Assembly (NCBI RefSeq): GCF_009914755.1
Contig: NC_060933.1
DNA length: 64,000 nucleotides
Source of the DNA: the human T2T-CHM13v2.0 reference genome, Homo sapiens
Reading direction: 5' to 3' (one strand)
Below, piece after piece: positions 46,490 to 61,649 of the stretch (position 1 is its first letter; the number at the start of each line of letters is the position of its first letter). Under the pieces are notes generated by a model. That model was not told the DNA's origin. It ran no database searches and was given only the letters and a program-made list of their open reading frames with translations. A program made the position numbers and the translations under genes.

Positions 46490-46730
46490 AGGGCTAAGAA
46501 TGCAGGCTCTAAGGTGTGATTGCTGGGGATGAAATCCCAGTCTGCCGCTTACTAGCTATTCGGCAAGTTACTTAACCTCTGTGATCCTCAGTTTCTTACT
46601 CTATTAAGAATTCGGCAAGTTACTTAACCTCTCTGATCCTCAGTTTCTTACTCTATTAAGATACTAACAGTTCCACACTCCATGGGACTGTATTAGAATC
46701 GAATGATATGATACATGTAAAATTTACAAC
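46490..46730 (+). mobile_element. MIR with an internal 52-bp tandem duplication
   Basis: MIR core GGCAAGTTACTTAACCTCT.TG..CCTCAGTTTC present twice. Confidence 0.8.
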
Positions 46731-47598
46731 ATGAGGACCCAATTAACCTCCCTTCTAGCATGAACACCTCTCATGCAGTAAGTATTAAAAGTTTCACCAT
46801 AATTTCTGCTAGATATGATAATGCTGACATTATTACTGAAGGGTAAAGTGCCATCAAAATGTTTCTAACACAGTTAATTCCAGCAATTTTGGTCCCATAT
46901 CTGAGACTTGATGTTTTGAGTACTTCCACTTCAAAAAGCTAGAAATTAGCTCTGCAATCTGAAATGAATTATCTAATATGTAACAACTGTACCATCAAAT
47001 GTATCTGTAGGCTTTTGGTATTCTAAAATGGAATAAAACCTTAGCTTTATTCAGCAAAGTCTAAAAGTTTTTTTTTATAACTGTCTCACTTTAATTCACA
47101 ATTCAATCACTTCTCAAGAACTCAATTATCATGCATCCTCCTCACATAACCTAGAAAGTTTACCAAACTCAGAAAAGCTTAGGCGTTCACATGCCAACCT
47201 TAATTTTCCTGACTTTTCACAAAACATACAAAAATCTTCAGTGAATCTGTAACAAGGTCACATCACAGCATGAATCCTGCTCTATAAAGCTCACACAACT
47301 GAAAGATGAATGTAACAACTTTGCTGAGACTTTAAAAACAAAACAAAATACGTTCTGCTTATACAAAATGAAAAAATACACTCAAAGTGAAAGTCCTCCT
47401 TCCCTAGAACCAGCTCATTCCCTTCCCCAGAAGAAGCCACAGTTATCACAGTTACATGTAATGTAACCTTCCAGAAAATGTTCAACGTATCTACATACAG
47501 AAATAGAGTTGTATATTACCATTTGGCTTGTTGTTGCTATTTTACATAAATGGATCATATGTTCTGTTGGAGCTATTCTACATAAATAGGTTCATACA

Positions 47599-47730
47599 TT
47601 TTTTCTTTTTTTTTAAGAGACAAGGTCTTGTTGTGTCACCCAGACTGGAGTGCAGTGGCTCCATCATAGCTCACTGCAGCCTCAAAGTCCTGGGCAGTCT
47701 CCATCTCAAAAGAAAAAAAAAGAAAAGAAA
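47599..47730. mobile_element. Fused Alu 3' ends in opposite orientations
   Basis: PolyT + reverse AluJ right-arm piece joined at CCTGGGC to forward CTCCATCTC + polyA. Confidence 0.7.
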
Positions 47731-48115
47731 AGGAAATTTGGTTATAGAGCTATGCCTCCTACAACAAATTACAAATATGGAGCCCAGATAACAGATGAGA
47801 CCTGGTGTATTCTGCACTACTTACCCCCACCCACCTAAAGTGCTGCATGCTGTTTGAGGCTCCTGTGACTAGGAGAGTTATCCTATTCCTTAGAGGCTGC
47901 TGAGAGCACCAAATTTTGGACCCACCTCTAAGAGAAATAAAGGCACCCAGGAAACTCCTTCACCTGTAGTACCCTTGACCTCATGTTTTTCTTTGCACTG
48001 CTTATTGCTGGTTCAACAGTAAAGCAAAGCAAAGCCTAGGTAATGTTAGCCAAGCCTGAGTCGTCATTCTTGCCAATTCTCAAAGGAGGCGGGGTCAACT
48101 TTAAGAAACCATGAT

Positions 48116-48161
48116 GTATGTCCTATCTCATCAGGAAATCAAGGCTAAAGAAAAAAAAAAA
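48116..48161 (+). other. 31-nt retroposed insertion of unknown origin with an A tail
   Basis: 13-bp TSD AAGAAACCATGAT (48103-48115, 48162-48174), TT|AAGA L1 endonuclease site. Confidence 0.7.
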
Positions 48162-49702
48162 AAGAAACCATGATACCCAAAAAAATTTTCGTTTATTATC
48201 TTTTATTATCTGATATTCTCTCTTCTGTCCATTCAGATCCTAACTTAAAGTCTGTCCAGACATTCTGCACAAATATTCCTTTAATTGCATTCAAGTCATA
48301 ACGACCAAAAAAATAGAATATGGTGCATATTAGTAGCTGTACTTGCAATCCCTTTATATCTAACATATTGTTGGTACACTTAACGGAAGTGAAGTCCCGG
48401 CATGACTAAGCTTACCCAAAAGATGATGGCATTCAGGCTCTAATCACTCCAGTGCTAGTCTATGCTTCCAGCTGAATTTCTTACTATTCTGCTTATGCCA
48501 CACTTGCCTTATGTTACGTCCCAAATACACCACACATGTTCACATCTCCATGCCTTTGACCATGTTCTTGTCTCTGTCTGGAATAATAAGTAAGGAATAA
48601 AGTCATTCATCACACTCCTGAAGCACTGCTACGTGCTAGTGGCAATTTACATTAACAATCTCATCTCATCTTCATAACAAACCTATAAAGTTGGTATTGT
48701 TTTTCCTGTTTTACACGTGAGATAAGTCTGCCCAAGAACCCTCACAAATGGCAAAATCCACTGCCTATTAAAGAATGCCTTGGAACCCCTTTCAAATGGC
48801 GAAACCCTGCAGGTATTACAGCCCTTTCCTCTTACCATGCCTTGAAAGTTCACACAGCCTACTAATAACCAGGATCTGCTTCACTACACTAAAACCAATC
48901 ACGACTTACACGCTTTTCACTTCTGCTTAACAGATTATAGGTGCTCAACAAATGCATGTCAAAATTAAAACACTGGTCCTCTGGCTTAACCCGGAGGTTA
49001 AGGGTGGAAACTGCTATTCCACCCTTCACGACCCTTTTAGCTTTTCCCTGCACTGCCAGTGAAAGGAACTGAGCTGTAACAGTATTCCCTAGGATTGTCA
49101 GCCTCCTTCAAAGCCTTCAAAGCTCTGTATTGTATTGCTAATGATGTCTCCTCCCGTAGAAGGTAGCTCAAGGGCAAGATCCATACCATCCACATTCTTA
49201 TCGCCAGAGCTGAGGAAAATAAAAAGTGCTCAAAATTGTTTAAATGAAGTGGAACAGTCCCTCAAGACTAACTTTCTAAGAGAAAATGAACAAGAGGAAA
49301 AATTGTTCCAGCTGAGCAGCTTCAAATTTAAGATTCTCCGTAATAATAAAAGGCAGTTTCACCGCAGCTTTTACAACTCCACCACTAATAGCTGAGTTTA
49401 CAGAAAGCCATTACACAGCAACAATAAAGCCTGGTAGCAAGGATTAAATCCCCAGGGTATATATTGACCTTGGCTTGTCTGGAGCGGAGGGCGTAAGCTG
49501 CACTTCTGTTTGCCGCGCTGAATGCGGTCACTTTACAGGTAAGCTGCTCGGGGGTACACGTTTAGGTTATTAAAAGCAAGAAATAGGTGCACAAGGAAGC
49601 GGCCACGCTGGGTGAGTAGGGAGGTGAGAAAGGGGAGGGACCCAGGTTCGGTGCGCCTGCCTGACCTCGACCCCGCGTCCTGCCGGCGGACGCTGCACCT
49701 TA

Positions 49703-50035
<333 letters not shown>

Positions 50036-50089
50036 TTACGGCGTGGACCTGCGACGGCCGCTCCGCCCCCGCCCGGCGCCGACCTGCCG

Positions 50090-50101
50090 CGCGCACGCGC
50101 A
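50090..50101. promoter_or_regulatory. NRF1 binding motif
   Basis: CGCGCACGCGCA matches YGCGCAYGCGCR exactly, about 65 bp upstream of the ATG of a nuclear-encoded mitochondrial gene. Confidence 0.7.
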
Positions 50102-50758
50102 CGGCGTCCGGACCCGCCGCCTCGCTCCGGCTTGGCCCCGCCCTCCGGAGCCGTGTTCCCGCCCCTCACTGCCCCGCCGAAGCCCGGTGACCCGAGGCCT
50201 TGCCCCATTCTCCAAGCGAGATTGGATGGTTTGTCCAATACAAAAGGAAAGAAAGTAGTTTTCCAAGGCTATGGAATAATTCAGGGAAGACTTTTCTATA
50301 AGAACCACCCGGAGGGAATTATCTCCCCGTACTCCCTGGACCATGCCCTGCGGTCCTGTGTTAAGTAAGCTGCAAAAGTGAACAAAAAAGTTTTGTCTCC
50401 TCAAGTTGGCTGAAAGTGTGGCAGCCCATCGTTGGTCACTGCCTTACTTATGGATCTCAGGTTGTTGGTTTAGCGTCCCTGATAAGCATAAATGATGTTT
50501 ACTACGTGGCGTTCAGGAAAAGGATGAGAACAGCAAACAGGCAAAGGAGTTCTTTCTCCAGCCCACCCACTCGTACCGATGTCCCATGGCCCTTCCTGGA
50601 CGGAAAGAGTCTTACAGGGGTTCAAACAAGCCATACGCTGAGATGGGATTTAGAGTATGTAGCTCTTCCAGAAACTCGGGATATCAATTTAGTGTGTAGG
50701 TACTCATCAAAGCACGTTGCAGTATAATTAATGCTACCTAGCTTTTATCAGATCTCTA

Positions 50759-51181
<423 letters not shown>

Positions 51182-51271
51182 TCATTATGTCCTCAACTTT
51201 TATCCAATGTAGAAACAAAAAGTAGACTGAATTCCATTACTGCATCTGCTGTAAAATGATGTTGAAGGCAC

Positions 51272-51581
51272 TTTTATTTTTATTTTTATTTTTTATTTTT
51301 TGACAGGTTCTGGCTCTGTCGGCCAGGCTGGAGTGCAGTGGTGTGATCGCCTCTCGCTGCAACCTCTGCATCTCAGGCTCAAATGATCCTCCCACCTCAG
51401 CCTCCTGAGTAGCTGGGATCACAGGCACACACCACCACACCTGGGTAATTTTTGTATTTTTAGTAGAGATGGGTGTTTCTATGTTGGCCAGGCTGGTCTT
51501 GAACACCTGACATCAAGTGATCCACCCAACTTGACCTCCCAGAATGCTGGGATTACAGGTGTGAGCCACCATGCACAGCCC
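51272..51581 (-). mobile_element. AluJ/S
   Basis: Reverse Alu with (TTTTTA)n tail, TSD CACTTTT. Confidence 0.88.
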
Positions 51582-52222
51582 ACTTTTTATTCTATCTTTT
51601 GTAAAGTTCCATGCAGGAAAATTTTCCTGAAGTTTACTACAAGGAAAACTTTGCTTCCTTTGTATCTTTCCTCTTTTCTGATAATGATGTACATGTTGAC
51701 TGCTGGGTGTTGTGATTTTTATTGTTATGGTTTCTTTCTAATTTGGTCTTGTGGTCACCAGAGGGAGGGTAAATCTGGAGGTGACAGGGAGTTCAGCCAG
51801 TGGAAGGGGGTCAAGGAAGGGGCACTTGTGGAGCTAAAGCCTCTGTTGGGGTCCAGCGTGTTACCCAAGCAGTTTCCCATGGAAGTTCTAATTGGTGAGT
51901 TTAGAACAAGCAGGCACAAGTTCCATGGAGTCACCCTGTCACTGTGAGGTGGTCACTGGAGCCCATCTACACAGTCCATGTGGGTTATGGAGGTCAACAG
52001 GTGAGTCAAGCAGGCTGCATTTACCTGTCCCATAGGGAGATGGTCACCAGGAAGCAGTTGCATTAAGCAGATATCTGGATGGATCACATTGAAGAACTGG
52101 GAGGAAGCAGAGAACTGGAAACTGTATCAAAGGTGATTGAGCCCTGCTTCTCATATGAGAAAGTTAAACATATTCAAAATGGATACCAAGGCAAAATAAA
52201 ATTATGAGAATTACTGTACTAG

Positions 52223-53334
52223 AGATGGCAGCGGCTGCTCCAGACGGCCTACTGCTGCAGCAGGGAGGCATGGCCAGGGCTGCACGCTCTCTGGCGGGAG
52301 CCAGGGACAAGCGGGAGACCCACCCCTTCTGAGTTGGGGTGGGAACTCCCTGGTTGCCTCTGCAGCACAGCTGCAGACTGGGGCCTCCTGCTCCACAGAG
52401 CAGGCAGAAGCACCACCCAAGGTGTGGCTGCAGATCTGAGCCTCCCTGTGCTCTTAGGGGGCCAGGAGCAGGCAGGAGCCCTGCCCTCCCCGAGGGCAGC
52501 TGTAGCCACCCAAACCACGGCTGCAGCCCCAGGCATCCCTGCACTCTTGGGGGCCCAGGAAGGCCCTGCATGCCCTCACAGGCTCAGAAATGCCTGCTCC
52601 TGCTGCCTGGCTTCTCCCTGCTGTTGGCACCTGCTCCATTCTTGGAGCAAAGTTGAGGCTGAACCCAGGCACCATGAATGGCAGTGGGAGGCAGACAGAC
52701 TCCTGGGCAGAAGGGGGTGGGTCCCCAGTGAGGCCCCAGCTTCTGGCCAAGGAGGGCCTGAAGGCTGGGGGTTGGGCTGCCAGCCCCATGAACCAGAGTG
52801 GGAACTTGTGGTGCCTTTTCCGAGCCTGCCCATGGCTGCCCATGGACCAATCAGCGGCAGGCACTTGCTCCCCTCTGAGGCCCATAAAATCCCCAACTCA
52901 GCCAGAGCTGAGCAGATGATGGGACAACCAGCTGCAGAGAGGAGCTACCCTCTCAGCTGAGAGCTTCAGAGACTTGCAGAGATGTCAGAACTACCAGCTT
53001 CAGAGAGGAGTGACCCTCTCCAGGGCCTCCTCTCTGCTAGGAGCTGGGCAGATGTTAGGACAACCAGCTGCAGAGAGGAGCTACCCTCTCCAGGGCCTCC
53101 TCTCTCCTAGGAGCTGGGCAGACTTCAGGACACCCTGCCTACAGAGAGGAGCTACCCACTGCGGGTCTCCTCCGAGCTGTTTTAATGCTCAATAAAGCTT
53201 CTCTTTGTCTTGTTCACCCTCCACTTGTCTGCATACCTCATTCTTCCTGGACCCAGGACAAGAACTCTGGCAAAGGTGCCACCAGCCACAGAGGTTTCTG
53301 GCCAGGAAATCGACACCTCAAAGGTTCCGTAACA
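52223..53334 (+). mobile_element. MER52-family ERV1 solo LTR
   Basis: GC-rich U3, CCAAT at about 52848, CATAAAA at about 52884, internal repeats CCAGCTGCAGAGAGGAGCTACCCTCTC, AATAAA at 53191; exact TSD CTAG. Confidence 0.85.
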
Positions 53335-53974
53335 CTAGGAAACTCACAATTGTATTTACAGATCAACCATTGCAATTATTGCAATTATATAATTACTGTT
53401 TATTAATATTGGTCTCCAGTTGTTTTGATATCTTTATGTCGGTTCATCAATAGATGGTAAATTTAGAGAAAGCAGTTATACAGAGCTCCTGACAGTGCTA
53501 TTTAAAATAATATAACTTCAGATAATACTGATAATTGACTAGGACAGCTGCAGAAAGATAATCATAGATTGTTTGGGTTATAGAAGAAAACAAAGGACCA
53601 CCCATTGTTTCTAAAGGCATAGAGCCTGATGGAAAAAATGCAACATAGAGGACTATCCCCTTCCCTAACATTTGGGACTCTCGTCCTTATTTGCAATAGT
53701 CATGCACGTATCTCAGGTCTGTGACCAAAGTTGATTCTTAAAAATTAATGCAACTAATAAACATCACCATGACTATCACAACCTGTCAAGCATGACAACT
53801 AACAGCAAATTGCCAAATATCAGGAATTTAACAAATTCCAAACCAAATAGACATGGCTTTGGATCCCTGCTCTATAATTGCTCCACTTTGAGACATCAGT
53901 GAGTTATTTAAATACTTCATGCTTCCTCTTCTTCATCTGCAGTATAGCTAATATATCTATTTCACTTTATGAAT

Positions 53975-54258
53975 TCTTTTTTTTTCTTTTTTCAGACAGA
54001 GTCTCACTCTGTCACCCAGGCTGGAGGGCAGTGGCGTGGTCTCACCTTCTGGGTTCAAGTGATTCTCCTGCCTCAGCCTCCCGAGTAGCTGGGACTATGG
54101 GCAGGCACCATCATGCCCAGCTAATTTTGTTTTTTCTTTTTGTAGAAACAAGGTTTTGTCACGTTGGCCAGGCTTATCTCGAACTCCTGACGTCAGGTGA
54201 TCCATCTGCCTCAGCCTCCCAAAGTGCTGAGATTACAGTCATGAGCCACCATGCCCCA
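53975..54258 (-). mobile_element. AluS with an internal deletion
   Basis: Reverse Alu, flanking TGAATT. Confidence 0.85.
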
Positions 54259-54608
54259 CTGAATTATCTTCAATTCCTTCACCTATAAAATGAGAATAAT
54301 TATGCCCATTTATTGGGTTGATAAGTATGTAAAACACTTGGCACCAAGAAAGAAATAGAGCAGCGTGGAAATATTAGCTACCATTTACCAACTTCCTTCT
54401 TAGTCTATTTAAGAAGGCATTTCGCTGTCTTATTTAATGTTCAGGAAACTTTCAAGTTGGTATTACTACCCCCATTTTTATAGATGAGGAAACTGAGATT
54501 AAGTTACTTACCAAAGACTGCATCTGGGAAGCCATGGAGCTGGAATTCAAATACTGATACATCTGACTCCAAAGCTCATGTTCTTTTTCTTTTTTAAAAA
54601 TCTTTTAA

Positions 54609-54741
54609 TTTTTTTTTTTTTTTACTAGAAACAAGGGTGTCACTATGTTACCCAAGCTGGTTTTGAACTTAGGCTCAAGCCGTCCTTCTGCCTCAGCCTC
54701 CCAAAGCGCTGGATTATATGTGTGAGCCAGTGGGCCCAGCC
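54609..54741 (-). mobile_element. FLAM/Alu monomer inside a MIR
   Basis: Single left-arm monomer with a polyT; flanks CAAAGCTCATGTTCTT / CAAAGCCCATATTCTT. Confidence 0.75.
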
Positions 54742-57700
54742 AAAGCCCATATTCTTAATCACTAGTTAGAACAGCCTTTCAATAAATGTTAAGGTACTCA
54801 ATAAAATGTCATGACCTCTGGAATTTCTACTTTTCAATGAAAGATTGTCAAGTATGAAACAGGAATAATGAGTATCAGTTTGGGAAAAGGCGGGTAGGGC
54901 TTGTTGTTTGAAATGAGAAGAGTATAGCCAGGTGTGGTGGTGTGCATTGGGAGGTTGAAGCAGGAGGATTGCTTGAGCCCAGGAGTTCAAGGTCAATCTG
55001 GGCAACATAGCAAGACTCTGCCACTGAAAAAAATAATAATTAAAAAAAAAAGGAAGAAATGGCAAGAGTGAAAGAGTGGAAAAGCTGGAGTATTCAGAGT
55101 ACTACACCCACTAATCTCCTGACCTGCTTCTACTTCTTCTACATCCAGCAGAACTGTGAGGCAAACAAACCTCCTTTCTTTAGAAACTACCCAGCCTCAG
55201 GTATTCTTTTATAGCAATGCAAAATGGACTAAGGCAAGGACCAAATATCTTTTTCTTAGTATATCACGATATCATAAGCCCCATGGTGGCCTTTCACTCC
55301 AGAAGGTCTTTTCCCATCTAGTCTGAGTACTTACCTCCAAAAGGAGGGATTGGATGTCAAATCCAGAAAATCCAATCTCTAGAGCCTTGAAGGGATCCAG
55401 TAAGCCTTACCCAAGGACACTACCCCCAGAGAAAAGGTATGTTTGAAGACACCCTCTCTCACTCTGCCCTGCAGAGACTCCTTGACCAGACACTGCAATC
55501 CACCCCCACCAAGGTATTGTAGGTCTCATTTTAGGTAGCAACCATGTGTGCCTATGAGCTCCATGACCTCTGGAGAAGAGTAGACATTATACAGACAAGT
55601 AAAGAGAGGCATAAATTACTGAAAGTTACATAGCTAATAAATAACAAAGCTGGAACTGGAACTCAAACACTCCACTCCAAAAACCTGAGTTCTTAATCAT
55701 GACTTTCTTTTGTTTGCTTTTCCTAATTGATTGTAAGGGCTTCATCTTCTCCACCACTACTCTGACCCCAATCAGTAGGGAGTTTTATCAAGCCCTTCTA
55801 TTATCATTTCATTTGGAAATTTCACCCACTGCGTTGGATCCTGCATGGTCACGATTTCCCAGATACTGCTTCTTCCCCCTGACAATTCCATAGTTGCTGA
55901 TTGTGTATACGTGCATACATGCAAATATGCAAACACATGTGCCATGTCCTGAAAATACAAACCTTCGTCATCTCAGGATGAGAGGGATGGGGAGACTAGG
56001 GGATGAGATCAAAAAGGTACATGGCATCTTTTGGGGATGATAAGGATGTCCTAAGTTTATTGTATGATGGTTGCACAAACTCTGAGAATATACCAAAAAC
56101 CATTTAATTGTATATGTTAAATCGGGGGATTGCTTGGCATGTGAATAATACTTCAATAAAGCTGCTGCAAAAGTCAGGAGACAGGATTTGGGATCCTTGA
56201 AGAGATGACTGATTGAGTGTCTGAGACAGAGAAAAACTAGGTGAGATCAGAATATCTCCTTGTGCCAGAAAACACTGAAGTGCTCCACAATTGACAGAAA
56301 TGTGAAAGACCACAGCTCGGAAGGGTTTCTACTGGCCTTGCCTGGGACAATTAGAATGTTGAAGAGAACCATGCTAGTAATTGATAGAAACATTTAGCAT
56401 TTTTTAAAGATATCAGTGAACAATTAAGTAAATGGGTGGCAGATGGTAGAAGCCAGTTTCTCCCTGTTGGTATGGGAGACTACAGATAAGCAAGGGAAGG
56501 AGGCCAGGATGATTTGTTTGATAAGGGTTTAGCACTGGAAACATCAGTATGAACTCATGTTTAGCTTAATATAGATATAGATGGATACACATAGAAACAT
56601 CTACAGATAAGTACATATGCACACATGAGTATACACACACTCCTGCTCTGTCAGCTAAGATGAACTAGAAGCAATAACACACCATCGACAATGAGCACAC
56701 CTAGTGTCAGATCTTGGTTTCTAATACCATCCTCCAGTAAAAAAGAATTCCCCATTGATCCTTGGAGAAATGGGTGATTCTAGGACTGGGGCAGGAAATA
56801 TACAAGATGAGCCTGAAGGATGTTGTGGTGCCAGAAAATAAGAAAGTGTTCAAAATAACCCCAAAATGATGGGCAGATGTCAAAGAGATGCAGGAACCAA
56901 CTGAGAGAGTTCCCAGTGGCCACAGCTGGAACAAGATGAACAATAGAATAAAGTGGCATAGCATGATATCCGAAAGCATAAAATAAATATCCATGTATAC
57001 ATACTGATACAGATAAATGATTGAATAGTTAAATGAGAAGAGACCAAACTCCCAAGCAGAAGAATTTCCAATAATTCATGTAGATACTCTGCCCTACCTG
57101 AGGAAGGTGTCAAAGATAAAGCCAACAGTAGTTAAAGTAGTAAAGACAGATATTAATCAGTGATATACTATTGTAATAACATAATATGATATTCTTGTCT
57201 GCTTTCAGCAGGTCTAGGATAGAAATTGTTCATAAAATTTTAAGTCTAAGATCAGGAGGCCCACCCTATTGCTTTTAACCCTCTTAGTTGTAAGATAGGT
57301 GGTATCTCCCTCATACCCCTCCAAATAGGTAAAAGGAATACCTGCTCTATCAGGGTATAACTAGACATCTATGGTCTTAGCCCCCTCTTGTTTATAGTCT
57401 TTGGGTTCATTGTGCCTTGTCGCTTAAGCGCTTGTCTAGTGGATGAGAATGTTATTCTCTCCTCTAAATCAACCAACCTTCTATGGAGTAAAGGGTACTG
57501 AAGAGGATATGTCAGTCAGTTCGGGCTGCCATAACAAATACCACACACTGGGCAGTTTAAACAATAGACATTTATTTCCTCAAAGTTCTGGAAGCTGTAA
57601 GTTCGAGATCAAGGTGTCAGCAGGACTGGTTCCTTCTGAGGTCTCTCTCTTTGGCTCGCAGATGGTGTCTCCTTCCTGTGTTCTTACACGGCCTTTCCTC

Positions 57701-57759
57701 TGTGCGTGCACATCCCTGGTATGTCTTCTCCTTATAAGACCATCTTTCCAACTCTCTTT

Positions 57760-59838
<2,079 letters not shown>

Positions 59839-60691
59839 AGGACACCTTTCCTGTCAGATGAGGGCCCCACCCTTATGATCTCAATTAACCTTAATCACAT
59901 CTTTAAAGGCCCTATATCCAAATGCACTTACTGTGGGGTTTATGGCTTCCACATATGAATTGGAGGGGTACAACTCAGTCTATAACAAAGGGATTCTTCT
60001 TCCTCAGTTTCCCGTAGCCGGTTCTGTAGACCTATCCCCATATCCCTGAGCCTCCCCAAATCTGTGGCAGCCTCCCTGGATGATAATAGTGTCAACAGCC
60101 CACACCTCCTCCTGTGCTCATAAGCACTCTGTCTCCCCCTGTTAAGGAAGGCAATTTGCCAAAGGTCACATAGCTAGTAAGCTGCAGAACCTTATGCAAA
60201 TCCATGCAAGGTATTTTGTCATAACCTCCTGCCTCCCTGTTCATGTTCTCTTTTTTCTCCAGGACATCCAGTTATTCTCATTAAAGTCTTTGTCATAGTT
60301 AGGCACGAGGCACTGACAGTAGAGGCACTGATAGAATAATGCTTCCTTTTGCTCAAAGAATAGGCATTAGCTAATCTCCTGATCATTAGTGCTTTCAGCA
60401 GCTTCAGAAAAAAAGCAACAGATGACAGTGCAGTTGGTTTGTCTCTTTGATTCGTGACTATCCAGAAATTAATTTACAAAAAAAAAAAAAAGCAGCAAAA
60501 TAGATTCTACTTCTCAAGACTTTTCCAGTGTTGTTCTTTTTGTACTGCTCTATCAGGGTCATAATTGTTTCTTTGAGTAAAGTAGTTTTCCATTTGTATC
60601 ACAAAGAGAAAAATCACTTGGACATTTGGGGGACTAGCCACCAAGCTTTGCAAAGGCCAGGTCTGCAGTATGTTAGACACTAACTCTCCCA

Positions 60692-61003
60692 GGCCAGGCA
60701 CGGTGGCTCACGCCTGTAATCCTAGCACGTTGGGAGGCCGAGAACAGTGGATCTTCTGAGCTCAGGAGTTCAACACCAGCCTGGGCAACATAATGAGACC
60801 TCATCTCCCAAAAAAAAAAAAAAAAAAAAAAAATTAGCCAGACATGGTGGCATGCACCTGTAGTCCCAGCTACTCAGGAGATAGAGGCAGGACAATCATG
60901 TGAGCTAGAAAGGTCCAGGCTGCACTGAGCTCTGATCGGGTCACTGAACTCCAGCCAGGATGACAGAGGGAGACCCTGTCTCAAAAAAAAAAAAAAAAAA
61001 AAA
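60692..61003 (+). mobile_element. AluJ with an expanded middle A tract
   Basis: Linker replaced by a pure run of over 20 A; flanks AACTCTC. Confidence 0.88.
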
Positions 61004-61039
61004 TGAAACCAACTCTCGCACTATCAGGAAATGTTCTCT

Positions 61040-61340
61040 CTCTTTTCTTTTTTTTTTTTTTTTTTTTTTTTTTTGAGATAGAATCTCACTCTGTTGCCCG
61101 GGCTGGAGTGCAATGGCAAAATCTTTGCCTCCCAGGCTCAAGCAATTCTTTTGCCTCAGCCTCCAGAGTAGCTGGGATCACAGGCACATGCTATCATGCC
61201 CAGCTAATTTTTGTATTTTTAGTAGAGATGGGGTTTCACCGTGTTGGCCAGGCTGGTCTTCAACTCCTGACCTCAAGTGATCTGCCCTCCTCGGCCTCCC
61301 AAAGTGCTGGGATTACAGGCGTGAGCCACCGTGCCTGGCC
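61040..61340 (-). mobile_element. AluSx/Sz
   Basis: Reverse Alu with long polyT. Confidence 0.9.
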
Positions 61341-61508
61341 GGTATACAGTTCCTTTTAGGAGAGAATTTTCTCTCTGTAGAATCTCTGAATACAGGGAAA
61401 CCAGACATGAATTTGAATTCTCATAAGCCTCTGTGGTTCAAGGATTAGAGCAACTTGACTCTTTTCTACATAGCAAAAAGATAAAATTCAGCCCGTCCTA
61501 AACCAACA

Positions 61509-61648
61509 ATCTCGGCTCACTGCAACCTCTGCCTCCTAGGTTCAAGCCATTCTCTTGCCTCAGCCTCCCCAGTAGCTGGGATTACAGGCATGCACCACCA
61601 CGCCCAGCTAATTTTTGTATTTTTAGTAGAGACGGGGTTTCAGCATGT
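61509..61648 (-). mobile_element. Internal AluS fragment lacking both ends
   Basis: ATCTCGGCTCACTGCAACC...GACGGGGTTTCAGCATGT; no tail or TSD seen. Confidence 0.8.
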
Positions 61649-61649
61649 C

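Noticed and set aside
51750-52165. Possible additional LTR fragments (also about 57108-57500)
   Set aside because: Composition is suggestive, but I could not establish termini, TSD or family.
52920-53160. Spaced repeats CCAGCTGCAGAGAGGAGCTACCC resembling a repeat-spacer array
   Set aside because: Intrinsic tandem repeats of the MER52 LTR; the intervening segments are related to one another rather than unique.
52164-53453. Cluster of ORFs up to 208 aa
   Set aside because: They lie within the GC-rich MER52 LTR, occur in all frames and show no gag/pol/env motifs.
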